Source: Candidatus Aenigmatarchaeota archaeon
GTDB lineage: Archaea > Aenigmatarchaeota > Aenigmatarchaeia > QMZP01 > QMZT01
NCBI GenBank assembly: GCA_043808015.1
Contig: JAZDFI010000007.1
Location: forward strand, 10,834-74,833
Direction of reading: 5' to 3'
Length of the DNA: 64,000 nucleotides
The translations under genes and the position numbers were made by a program. A model generated the notes under the pieces. The model had not been told where the DNA came from. It was given only the letters and a program-made list of their open reading frames with translations, and ran no database searches. Below are positions 37,484 through 46,290 of the stretch, in pieces. The first letter of the stretch is position 1, and each line of letters opens with the position of its first letter.

Positions 37484-38173
37484 TTGGTGCACATGCATAC
37501 AGCACAAGATGCGTTGAAAGTCGCGAAGGATGTTTTTCTGGCGACTTACGATTTTGGGGACAGAAACCTGGATTTCGGCCTCAACGCGAACCTGATGAGA
37601 GAACTGGGCTATAAAGGAACGCTTAGCCTGAGGCAGATGTCTTACACGCCAGAAAACCGGCTGAGAATGGGCCTGATTTTTTCCGAAGGCGAGCCGCTCG
37701 GCCTCACCCTTCTCGACAGCTATAATGACTGCGATGGCAGGACTGTACTGCGCACAGACGAAAGGGAAGCTGTTCAGGGCAGGTGCCATGAGGGAAACTG
37801 CGACCTGGGTATTTATGCGATTACATGGATTCCCGGCGGGCAAGACTGTGGGAGTGTTTACATGGCTTCTCGCTTCCAGAAAAGCACTGTCGAATTCATC
37901 AACGGAATGTTGTTATGTCCGGATGGGAGCCTGAAAAAAATCAGCAGCTACCGCAGGACCAGCGAAACCCCGGAATGCATGGTCGATTCCGGCATGGCGC
38001 TGGACTGGACAGGCCGGGACATGAGCGCTAAAAGATTCATTGAACTCATGGACACGCAAGATCTTAGCGTGGTGGGCGATTCCAGCAAAAGGCAGCAGGA
38101 AATGTGCTTTGCCATGTCATCCATTCTAAAAGGATATTTTAACGGCAGGCCGGGCAAACCGCTGCACGAGTAA
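37484..38173 (+). CDS. Hypothetical (orphan) protein
   Basis: 229-aa ORF; no recognisable motif. Confidence 0.6.
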   Translation: MVHMHTAQDALKVAKDVFLATYDFGDRNLDFGLNANLMRELGYKGTLSLRQMSYTPENRLRMGLIFSEGEPLGLTLLDSYNDCDGRTVLRTDEREAVQGRCHEGNCDLGIYAITWIPGGQDCGSVYMASRFQKSTVEFINGMLLCPDGSLKKISSYRRTSETPECMVDSGMALDWTGRDMSAKRFIELMDTQDLSVVGDSSKRQQEMCFAMSSILKGYFNGRPGKPLHE

Positions 38174-38214
38174 GCCCGGTAAAATTACTTATAACAGAAG
38201 AGCAAAATAATTAT

Positions 38215-39426
38215 ATGCATGATTTTGTTCTGCCGTTCGGGCCGCAGCATCCCGCGCTGGTCGAGCCGGCGCACATAAAGCTGCGCGTCGAGGGCGAAAC
38301 GATAAAAGGGGCGGAGCTCGTCCTTGGATACAATCACAAGGGCATCGAGAAGTCGTTCGAGAACAGGCCGTGGGCGAAAGGCGTCTTTCTGAGCGAGCGC
38401 GTGTGCGGCATATGCGGCCACTACCACACGGCGTGCTACTGCCAGGGCATCGAGCAGATGCTCGGCATCGAGATTCCGGACCGCGCTAAGCACATACGCA
38501 CGCTCGTCAGCGAGCTGGAGCGCATGCATTCGCACATGCTCGCGCTGGGCCTGGTTGCATGGGAAGTGGGCCTCGATACACTGTTTCATTATCTGTTCCG
38601 CGACCGCGAGCTCGTCATGGATATGCAGGAGGCGCTTACCGGCGGACGCGTGCACTTCGCGATGAACGTGATAGGCGGCGTACGAAGGGACGTGGGTCAG
38701 GAAAACTACGGCAGGATGGCCAAAAACCTCGACGCGCTTGAAGAGCGCATGAAACATTATCTGAGCGTTTTCAGGAATGATTCTTTGATGAAAATCAGGA
38801 CCAGAAACGTGGGGCATCTGTCTCGAATGAAAGCGAAGGAGCTGAACCCGGTCGGCCCGAACCTGCGCGCTTCCGGAATCGATTACGACGTGCGCGAAAC
38901 CGGCTACATGGCATACAAGGACCTCAAGTTCAGGGCCGTGACCGGCGAGGGCGGCGACGCGCAGGAGCGCTGCATAGTCCGCGTGAAGGAATGCCTCGAA
39001 TCGATACGCATGATCCGGCTGTCGCTGACTACTCTGACTGAAATAAAGGGCGACATATCGCTCAAGCTCCCGGCAGCCGTAAGCGTAAAAGAAGGCCTCG
39101 AAACCGTGTCGCGGGTTGAGGCACCGCGCGGCGAGCTGTTCTATTATCTGCAGTCCGCAGGCGCGAAGCCGTCGAGGGTGCGCATACGCACGCCTACATA
39201 CCAGACCTTCCACGTCCTGGAGGAAATACTGAAAGGCCACACGATATCCGACGTGCCCGTAATAGTCGCATCGCTGGATCCATGCTTCTCGTGCACGGAC
39301 AGGATGACCATAATCGACACTAAATCGCGCAAGGAGAAAATAATAACCAAGCACGAAATCCTGCACATGCGAGACGACGCACACGGAGCGCATGAACACA
39401 GCCACGGAGGCCACAAGCATGTTTGA
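38215..39426 (+). CDS. Group 4 [NiFe]-hydrogenase large subunit (EchE/MbhL-like)
   Basis: GPQHP, ERVCGIC (L1), EAPRGE, DPCFSCTDR (L2). Confidence 0.93.
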   Translation: MHDFVLPFGPQHPALVEPAHIKLRVEGETIKGAELVLGYNHKGIEKSFENRPWAKGVFLSERVCGICGHYHTACYCQGIEQMLGIEIPDRAKHIRTLVSELERMHSHMLALGLVAWEVGLDTLFHYLFRDRELVMDMQEALTGGRVHFAMNVIGGVRRDVGQENYGRMAKNLDALEERMKHYLSVFRNDSLMKIRTRNVGHLSRMKAKELNPVGPNLRASGIDYDVRETGYMAYKDLKFRAVTGEGGDAQERCIVRVKECLESIRMIRLSLTTLTEIKGDISLKLPAAVSVKEGLETVSRVEAPRGELFYYLQSAGAKPSRVRIRTPTYQTFHVLEEILKGHTISDVPVIVASLDPCFSCTDRMTIIDTKSRKEKIITKHEILHMRDDAHGAHEHSHGGHKHV

Positions 39427-40345
39427 ATCGCTTTTGACGCCTCAGCTGGCGCAGAATGTTTTCAATATGCTCGTCTTTCCGGGATTCCTCGCCGCCTTCA
39501 TAATCGGCTTCCTTTACATGGGCATAGTGCGCAAGGTCAGCGCCCGCATGCAGCATCGGGTCGGACCGCCGTTGTGGCAGCCGTTCTTCGACTTCTTCAA
39601 ACTGCTTTCCAAGGAGAACATAACCACGCGCGACGCGACGGGCGCGCTAGCTACGCTCTGCCCGGTGGTCTCGTTCGCGTCGCTGATGACGGTCGCGCTT
39701 TTCATACCCATCGCCGGTATTCCCGGTTTGTTCAGCGTCGAACCCATATCGTTCCAGGGCAGCCTTTTTGTCGTGCTTTACTTCCTGATAATGTCTTCCG
39801 TATTTTTCGCTGTCGCCGGTTTCGCTGCCGGCAATCCTTTCGCTTCGCTCGGCAGCATACGCGAGCTGACGCAGCTGTTCGCTTACGAATTCCCCTTCGT
39901 CATTTCCCTGGTCACGCTGGGCATATTCACGGGCTTTCGTATCGTGCCGCTTTTCGCCCTGCAGCTGCCGTTCGCGTTCTTCGCATTTCTCATGGGCGTG
40001 CTGGGAAAACTCTCGCTTCCTCCGTTCCACATACCGGACGCGGAGCAGGAGATAGTCGCAGGCCCCACGACGGAATACAGCGGTCCCAGACTAGCGATGT
40101 TCGAGCTGGCCAAAGCGGCGGGATTCTGGGTGCTGATATCGCTGGGCGCGGTCCTTTACCTCGGAGCGGACAGCCTTCTCGCCTTCGCAGTTTATTCGCT
40201 CGCGTTACTGGCGGTACTGATCGTATTCCGCGTCGTGTTCGCCAGGCTGCAGATAGCCCAGGCTTTCAGGTTTTACTGGTTCGTCGTAGGGCCGCTTGCG
40301 CTCATCGACCTCGCCAGGGTCCTGCTCGGATATTATGTTATGTAG
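39419..40345 (+). CDS. Complex I subunit 1-like membrane subunit (NuoH/EchB/MbhM)
   Basis: RK..ARMQHRVGPP..QP..D..KL..KE; AEQEIVAG..TEYSG. Confidence 0.92.
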   Translation: MFESLLTPQLAQNVFNMLVFPGFLAAFIIGFLYMGIVRKVSARMQHRVGPPLWQPFFDFFKLLSKENITTRDATGALATLCPVVSFASLMTVALFIPIAGIPGLFSVEPISFQGSLFVVLYFLIMSSVFFAVAGFAAGNPFASLGSIRELTQLFAYEFPFVISLVTLGIFTGFRIVPLFALQLPFAFFAFLMGVLGKLSLPPFHIPDAEQEIVAGPTTEYSGPRLAMFELAKAAGFWVLISLGAVLYLGADSLLAFAVYSLALLAVLIVFRVVFARLQIAQAFRFYWFVVGPLALIDLARVLLGYYVM

Positions 40346-40356
40346 GTGTATGTGAA

Positions 40357-40695
40357 ATGAATCTGCTACCAGAGGCGTTGCAAAGGCTTTTTTCCAGGCC
40401 TGCGACCAGGCGCTATCCGAAACAGCATGCGTCGCTAGCTCCTGGCTTCAGGGGCAAGGTGGAATGGAAAAAGGAAACGTGCATCTTCTGCATGCTCTGC
40501 GCCATAAACTGTCCCACAAACGCGATAGTCGTCGACAGGGAGCATAAGACTTGGACGATAGACGTCGGCAAGTGCATCTTCTGCGGCAAATGCCACGACG
40601 TCTGTCCGACGAAACCGAAGTCCGTCGATAATTCGAACAAGTTCGAACTCGCCGGCCCTGACAAGGACAGGTTCAAAGAAACGCACAAGAAATAA
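40357..40695 (+). CDS. 2x[4Fe-4S] ferredoxin subunit (NuoI/EchF-like)
   Basis: FRG; CIFCMLCAINCP and CIFCGKCHDVCP; true start at MNLLPE. Confidence 0.92.
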   Translation: MNLLPEALQRLFSRPATRRYPKQHASLAPGFRGKVEWKKETCIFCMLCAINCPTNAIVVDREHKTWTIDVGKCIFCGKCHDVCPTKPKSVDNSNKFELAGPDKDRFKETHKK

Positions 40696-41403
40696 TTATC
40701 CATCTTTATGTTTGCCGTTTTTCCCACCAGAGAAAGCGCTCCCTATTCTACTGATGGCGCTTGACTGGCGCTCGAATTCCTTCTCCAGCATGGTGCCGAG
40801 CATCTTCTTTTTGTAAAGGCTGCTTATGATTTCCGCTACCTTGTCGCCAGCGGCTCTGGCCTCGCTGCCGAGGGGCTGGCCGAACTCGTTGCTTTTCTTC
40901 TGTATGCCGATTATGGTGACCGGGCTTTTCACCGGCTGGTCGGCATTGTAAAGGCGCAGGAAAATGCTGAGCGGCGTGATGTGCGTCGACATGGCCGTGT
41001 CGCTTAACTCGTAGTCCCTTATCACTTTAAGGCTTCCGGGCCTCCTGCCGAAATCCGCGGCGTCGACGATTATGAGAAGCGTGGGGGTGAACGCCTTCAG
41101 CTCGCGTACGTGATCTTCGGGCATCGCCGTCTTTATGAAAAGGAAATATTCGTCTTTGCCTATCAGTTTCTTTAGTTTTTCAGCTACGTACGGGCCGACG
41201 CCATCGTCGCCTTTCAGGTCGTTGCCAACGCCGAGAATGGCGAAGCGCTCCTTGCGCAGCTTATCCTCCTTGAAATTCCTGTATATATCGTTTATGGACT
41301 CGATGAATTTCTTGTCTTCGGCTGGCTTGCCGTCCTTCGCAGGCGCCTTAGCGTCCTTAGAACCCCTGTGAAAAATGTTCCTGCCTGGCTTCGGGAACTT
41401 CAT
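40696..41403 (-). CDS. hycI: Hydrogenase maturation endopeptidase HycI
   Basis: GVGNDLKGDDGVG, PE, VDAAD, STH.TP. Confidence 0.9.
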   Translation of the reverse strand: MKFPKPGRNIFHRGSKDAKAPAKDGKPAEDKKFIESINDIYRNFKEDKLRKERFAILGVGNDLKGDDGVGPYVAEKLKKLIGKDEYFLFIKTAMPEDHVRELKAFTPTLLIIVDAADFGRRPGSLKVIRDYELSDTAMSTHITPLSIFLRLYNADQPVKSPVTIIGIQKKSNEFGQPLGSEARAAGDKVAEIISSLYKKKMLGTMLEKEFERQSSAISRIGSAFSGGKNGKHKDG

Positions 41404-41489
41404 GATTATATTCTGCCTGCCCGGCCTTAAATCGCTTCAGACGACGCTAGCGAACAACAGATTAAAATGCATGCGGCCATAATAATATT

Positions 41490-42308
41490 ATGCTCGAGTC
41501 AATCCTCAGCTTCAGGGAAGTCGATAAGTCCCCTTACCTGACGTTCATCTGGGCGCTGCTCATAACGACGGTGGGCGTGCTTCTCTCGACGCAGCTTTTC
41601 TACAAGGTTACGATTTCAGGCGTGTCTTTCAACCTGACGGGCATGTTCGCGGTCATATTCACCATCATGCCGTCGGTCTACTTCCTGACCAGGGTAATAA
41701 TGAAGGAAGAAAAAATGGAGGAAGATGCATGCATAAACCATTACAAAAAGGACTTCTTCAAGCGCCACGAAAAGGACATACTGATGTTTCTTTTCTATTT
41801 TCTCGGCGTGACCGTCGCTTTCGCCGCGTGGTCCTTCATCCTGCCGCAGGATTTCTTCCAGGTGCAGCTCGTAAAGATAACCGAGATACGCGCTGCGGTC
41901 TCGGGCCAGTTCACGGGCAGGATAATAAAAGGCAACTTCGACTCGTTCCTGGCGGTGTTCGCGAACAACATGGAAGTGATGATATTCTCCTTCATATTCT
42001 CGCTGCTCTACGGAGCGGGCGCAGTGTTCATAATCGTGTGGAACGCTTCCATCCTGGGCACGTGCATAGGCGAGCTGTCGAAGTCGATAACAGACATTCC
42101 CATGGTCACGCTATCGTTTCTCCCGCACGGCATACCCGAGGTCGTCGGCTACCTTTGCGCCAGCATCGCGGGCGGACTGCTGTCGGCAGCGATACTCAGG
42201 TGCAGGAGCACGAAAGTCATGGAAATCATATTTCTCGACTCGTTAAAGATAATAGCCATAGGCGCGTTGTTCATTCTCGTCGCCGCAGGCATAGAAGTCT
42301 ATTTATAA
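41490..42308 (+). CDS. SpoIIM-family membrane protein
   Basis: FANN..V; WNASILG; LPHGIPE; AAGIE. Confidence 0.8.
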   Translation: MLESILSFREVDKSPYLTFIWALLITTVGVLLSTQLFYKVTISGVSFNLTGMFAVIFTIMPSVYFLTRVIMKEEKMEEDACINHYKKDFFKRHEKDILMFLFYFLGVTVAFAAWSFILPQDFFQVQLVKITEIRAAVSGQFTGRIIKGNFDSFLAVFANNMEVMIFSFIFSLLYGAGAVFIIVWNASILGTCIGELSKSITDIPMVTLSFLPHGIPEVVGYLCASIAGGLLSAAILRCRSTKVMEIIFLDSLKIIAIGALFILVAAGIEVYL

Positions 42309-42381
42309 ACATGCGAGCCGCCAGACTCAGGCGAGGATTTATATTGGGGTCGGGACCAATTATTTAACAAGGGGTGTTCAA

Positions 42382-42648
42382 ATGATAGACATATGGCTTG
42401 CCATTGCAACGCTGCTAACACCAGTTTTTGCAGAGTACGCGAAAATCAGAAGTAAAGCAGAGCGACAGTTCAACTTCATAGCGGCCGCGGGGGTTTTCTT
42501 CCTCGTATCGATAGCATTTACAGCGAGTTTGTTCACTAACATGCTTGGAAGCTCTTACATATTCGGAGTATACATATTCGAGTTTCTTGGCTGGCTTTTC
42601 TTGGTGGTTGGTGCAGTGTGGGCAGTGTTCAGTGGCCTAATAAAATAA
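42382..42648 (+). CDS. Small membrane protein
   Basis: 88 aa, hydrophobic; GGGGTG SD. Confidence 0.65.
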   Translation: MIDIWLAIATLLTPVFAEYAKIRSKAERQFNFIAAAGVFFLVSIAFTASLFTNMLGSSYIFGVYIFEFLGWLFLVVGAVWAVFSGLIK

Positions 42649-42661
42649 AGTAACCAAGAAT

Positions 42662-42696
42662 TGGGAAGCATTTTAACACTTCCCATTTTTCTTTTT
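42662..42696 (+). terminator. Stem-loop plus T-tract terminator
   Basis: TGGGAAG...CTTCCCA followed by TTTTTCTTTTT. Confidence 0.6.
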
Positions 42697-42725
42697 ATTC
42701 CCTTCCGAGAAACCTGCATTCTACT

Positions 42726-43247
42726 TTACAGTCTTATGGTCTCGATGTAGCAGGAGCTCGGGACTTTCGAAGAAGCGATTTTCAGGGCGTGCCTGCACGC
42801 AGCCTCGTGTATGGGGGCGACTTTCGCCTCCAGAATGCGCTGGTTCTTCTTGGTGCGCGCGGCCGTGCCTATGGGCCTGCCAAACGCCTTGCGCATGCCC
42901 GTCTGGAATCTGTCGGCGCCTGCGCCCGTCGCTAGAGGGTTCTCCCTTAGAACATGATGGGGGAATATGAGAATCTTGGCAAAGAATCCGTCAACTCCGG
43001 CCTTCTTTTCAAGCTCCTTCGTCGCCGACAGCCTCATCGCCTCGAGCGCGTTGTTCCTCATCTGGACCGCGTTCTTGATGACGAGATACATCTTTATCGT
43101 GAATTCCGGCTTGTCGACGCCTGAGTTGAACCTGTGTATCTTCGAAGGGGGGACGCCTTTCACGTAGCTTTTCCTGGGCTTGCTTATCGAGATGCGCGTG
43201 TTCGGCCTCTCAAGCTTTCTGTAGCATTTTGCTGGTCTCAATCCCAT
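42726..43247 (-). CDS. rpl10e: 50S ribosomal protein L10e (uL16)
   Basis: RPAKCYR; PHHVLREN..ATGAGADR.QTGMR.AFG. Confidence 0.96.
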   Translation of the reverse strand: MGLRPAKCYRKLERPNTRISISKPRKSYVKGVPPSKIHRFNSGVDKPEFTIKMYLVIKNAVQMRNNALEAMRLSATKELEKKAGVDGFFAKILIFPHHVLRENPLATGAGADRFQTGMRKAFGRPIGTAARTKKNQRILEAKVAPIHEAACRHALKIASSKVPSSCYIETIRL

Positions 43248-43339
43248 GATATCACTCTGTCAATCGGATATTATATTCCTTATATATAATCATAATGGTT
43301 TAAATACGTGCTATATGGGCTTACCTGCTTTTAAATTTT

Positions 43340-43921
43340 TCACGTACCGATTACCATGTAATCGCCCTCGCACGCTGAAGCGTAGCCGGCCTCTTTCATG
43401 CTATCTTCGAGCGGGATTTTTGCCAGAACGGCCTGCGAATCGCCGTCCAAGTATGCCACAGGACACAGACTTTTACCGGCCTGCGTGAACGCGGCGTTGC
43501 CGGAAAACCCCCAGTGCATGCTTCTGGCATAACCTATAATTTCGCCTTTCTTCACAACCTGACCTTCAATCACAAGCGACTTGTGCAGGTAATAATACAT
43601 CGTGGTATAGGCGCCGTGGTCGATTTCTATCTTAAAATTGGTTTCCTCGGAAAACTTCATGTACGCAACCTTTCCGTCCGCCGAAGCCATTATTTTATTG
43701 CTGGTGTTGTTGCCCCACGCGAAGTCGATGCCATTATGCCCACCTTTCACCATTTCAGCCGGATGATTGAGCGTTTCTCCCATAGGCACCAGAAATAAAG
43801 GTGTGTTATCTGTGTCGAACGGCAGTCTCAACGTGACTGCTGAAGAAACGCAGCCGCTCGTGAAAATGACTGATGCTAAAACCAGAAATAACAGCGCATT
43901 GCCAATGAAATGCGTCCTCAT
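43340..43921 (-). CDS. M23 peptidase-like lipoprotein (degenerate active site)
   Basis: TSGC lipobox; HNGIDF; ASADGKV; VKKGEIIG; MHWG. Confidence 0.75.
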   Translation of the reverse strand: MRTHFIGNALLFLVLASVIFTSGCVSSAVTLRLPFDTDNTPLFLVPMGETLNHPAEMVKGGHNGIDFAWGNNTSNKIMASADGKVAYMKFSEETNFKIEIDHGAYTTMYYYLHKSLVIEGQVVKKGEIIGYARSMHWGFSGNAAFTQAGKSLCPVAYLDGDSQAVLAKIPLEDSMKEAGYASACEGDYMVIGT

Positions 43922-43967
43922 GATTCTAAGTTATTATTTTATTTAAAAAGACTTTTAACTTGGAGCT

Positions 43968-44024
43968 TACTCCGTCCTGACACCCTTCCAGTATGTTGTA
44001 TGCTCATTCTGGATATTTAAAACT
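43968..44024 (+). repeat. 57-bp direct repeat, copy 1 (duplicated 3' end of nucleotidyltransferase gene plus TATA box)
   Basis: 55/57 identical to 44371-44427; first 23 bp match 44874-44896 at 22/23. Confidence 0.95.
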
Positions 44025-44042
44025 AGCATTTTGATAACAATC

Positions 44043-44360
44043 ATGGAGAAGTATTTGAAGGTTGATGTTGATAAAATAAAGGCTTATTTCGAGGCGAAAT
44101 TCGAAGGCCTCAGGGATTATATAAAACAAAATCCGCCCACGAATATGAACGCCAATAAACTTGACGATGAAATTGAACAGACTAAACTCTGGTGCGGAGG
44201 TAACGTGGAAAAATTCAGGCACGGAATTCTCGCGCTGCAGCAATTCGAGCTCGAGCCATCAAAGGAAATGGAAATGATTTTTGGACTGAAAAGGCACATC
44301 ACATACGCCAAAAATAACTACGCGATCATGGAAAGGCTGGTTCACGACGAATGCGGGTAG
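44043..44360 (+). CDS. Orphan cassette ORF 1
   Basis: ATG 18 nt after repeat copy 1. Confidence 0.65.
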   Translation: MEKYLKVDVDKIKAYFEAKFEGLRDYIKQNPPTNMNANKLDDEIEQTKLWCGGNVEKFRHGILALQQFELEPSKEMEMIFGLKRHITYAKNNYAIMERLVHDECG

Positions 44361-44370
44361 AAATTGTTTC

Positions 44371-44427
44371 TACTCCGTCCTGACACCCTTCCAGTATGTT
44401 GTCTGCTCATTCTGGATTTTTAAAACT
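44371..44427 (+). repeat. 57-bp direct repeat, copy 2
   Basis: 55/57 identical to copy 1. Confidence 0.95.
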
Positions 44428-44445
44428 TCTTTTCGGACGTCTAAT

Positions 44446-44886
44446 ATGGAAAGCCAAATGCTCGGGAAAATACCTGAAGAATGTGAGATGCGATGCTTGG
44501 GGCTTTCGAAAGCCAATTACATCAGAGAGACAATAAAGGTCATAGGCATAGACATATCTGATGCCAAAAAAATATACAAGAGTGTCCGAAAAAATTTCAA
44601 TGACGAAGAATGGCGTCTTACAGGAGAAAATTTTATTCACATCGGAGATTATTTAAGAGGTTTGAAGGTTTATGCAGAAGCCAGAGAAGTCATAGACCGC
44701 GGCTTCATTACACCCGAGACGGAGGATAAAGTCGGTGTATTATTTCTTGGTTGTATAAATGGAAGGGAAAAACTGGCACGCTTGAATTATGGAATCAGGC
44801 GCCATATTTTAGGCATACGGGAATTGTACAACGGAATTAAACCCATTCTGGAAAAATACGACCCTGCAATTTCTACTCCGTCCTGA
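44446..44886 (+). CDS. Orphan cassette ORF 2 (AT-rich)
   Basis: ATG 18 nt after repeat copy 2; stop codon lies inside the core gene's 3' end. Confidence 0.65.
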   Translation: MESQMLGKIPEECEMRCLGLSKANYIRETIKVIGIDISDAKKIYKSVRKNFNDEEWRLTGENFIHIGDYLRGLKVYAEAREVIDRGFITPETEDKVGVLFLGCINGREKLARLNYGIRRHILGIRELYNGIKPILEKYDPAISTPS

Positions 44887-45715
44887 CGCCCTTCCACGCC
44901 TTGAGCGCGTGCTCGTAGCGCTCCATCGTGCCCGTGTCGAACCACTGGCCGCTGAAAGGGAAACCGAAAAGCCTGCCCATCTTCGCGAGCTTTGGGAATA
45001 TCTCCTTCTCGAGCGAGCACTGGCCCTTGGGAATCATCTCGACGACTTCGGGCTCCATTATGTAGAAGCCGGCGTTTATCAGGTTCGTCGGGGCCTTGCC
45101 CTTCTTTGGCTTCTCCACGAACTCGAGTATGCGTTCTCCCTCGAGCTTGGCCACGCCGTACTGGCTGGGGTCATCGACAGTCGTGAGAGCGATGGTGACC
45201 AGCGCGCGGTTCTTCTTGTGCGCCTCGTACATGTCGACTATGTTTATGTCCTTCAGCTCGTCGCCGTTGGAAACTATGAAAGTCTTGGTAAGCCTGTCTT
45301 TCGCGAACCGTAGCGGTCCGCCGGTCCCCAGCGGCGTGTTCTCTTCGACATACGAGATGTTGAGTCCCAGCTTGGACCAGCCGTTCTTCTCCGCTATTAT
45401 CTTCTCCTTCAGGTAGCCTACCGAGATTATGACGTCGTTTATGTTGTATTTCTTGAGCAGGTCGAACATGTGCTCTATGAGCGGCTTGCCCTGGACGGGG
45501 ACCAGCGCCTTAGGCGTCTCGTATGTTATCGGCCTCAGCCGCGTGCCCTCGCCTCCGCAGAGGATGAGCGCCGTCTTCAGTTCCCGCATGCTCAGGAACT
45601 TGGAAAGCACGAGCTCTATCGCATGCGAGCGGTTGCGCACGTCGAGCCCGTCGACCATCGTGTCTATCTTCTCGAGAATGTGCCTGTCTATCGTGAGCGT
45701 TATGCGTTCCTTCAT
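44873..45715 (-). CDS. Sugar-phosphate nucleotidyltransferase with N-terminal ribbon-helix-helix domain
   Basis: KERITLTID..NRSHAIE (RHH); ILCGGEGTRLRP.T..PK; NGD; EKP; WFDTG. Confidence 0.9.
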   Translation of the reverse strand: MKERITLTIDRHILEKIDTMVDGLDVRNRSHAIELVLSKFLSMRELKTALILCGGEGTRLRPITYETPKALVPVQGKPLIEHMFDLLKKYNINDVIISVGYLKEKIIAEKNGWSKLGLNISYVEENTPLGTGGPLRFAKDRLTKTFIVSNGDELKDINIVDMYEAHKKNRALVTIALTTVDDPSQYGVAKLEGERILEFVEKPKKGKAPTNLINAGFYIMEPEVVEMIPKGQCSLEKEIFPKLAKMGRLFGFPFSGQWFDTGTMERYEHALKAWKGVRTE

Positions 45716-45777
45716 AACATCATACCGGGTATTATTTGCTCATACGATATAAAAAGATTTCCTACGCCTTCGCTGGC

Positions 45778-46233
45778 CTACTTCCTCGCCTGAAAAATGT
45801 TCTCTATTTCCGCGAGCTTCTTTAGCCGCTTGATGTGGCGCTCTTCGTTGCTGAACTTCGTCTCCAAAAACGCCTTCACTATCTTCTTCGCTTCGATGTC
45901 CGTGGTGAACCTCGCGGCGAGCGTGAGGATGTTCGCGTTGTTGTGCTCGCGGCTCGCCACAGCGAGCGCGTGGTTCATGCAGAAGGCCGCGCGGATCCCG
46001 GGAAACTTGTTAGCCGCGATGGACATGCCAATCCCGGAACCGCAAATAAGGATGCCGAACTCGAAGCCGCTGATCACGGCCTCGGAGACTTTCTTGGCGT
46101 ACTCCGGGTAGTCGGCCGATTCTTCAGAGTTCGTGCCGAAGTCCTCGAAGTGGTAGCCGTTCGCCTGTAAAAACTCCTTGAGCTTCTCCTTCAGCTCGAA
46201 GCCCGCATGGTCAGAACCTATCGCAACTTTCAT
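45778..46233 (-). CDS. rpiB: Ribose-5-phosphate isomerase B
   Basis: GSDHAG, DYP, CGSGIG.SIAANK, HNNAN. Confidence 0.96.
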   Translation of the reverse strand: MKVAIGSDHAGFELKEKLKEFLQANGYHFEDFGTNSEESADYPEYAKKVSEAVISGFEFGILICGSGIGMSIAANKFPGIRAAFCMNHALAVASREHNNANILTLAARFTTDIEAKKIVKAFLETKFSNEERHIKRLKKLAEIENIFQARK

Positions 46234-46290
46234 AATTATGATTATCGCTGGCCGGTATAAAAATATAAAGCGTGAAGCTAAATCTTCAAA

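Noticed and set aside
39574-40695. 373-aa ORF suggesting a long ferredoxin fusion
   Set aside because: The upstream part is an off-frame overlap with the NuoH-like gene; the true start is 40357, after an AGGTG SD.
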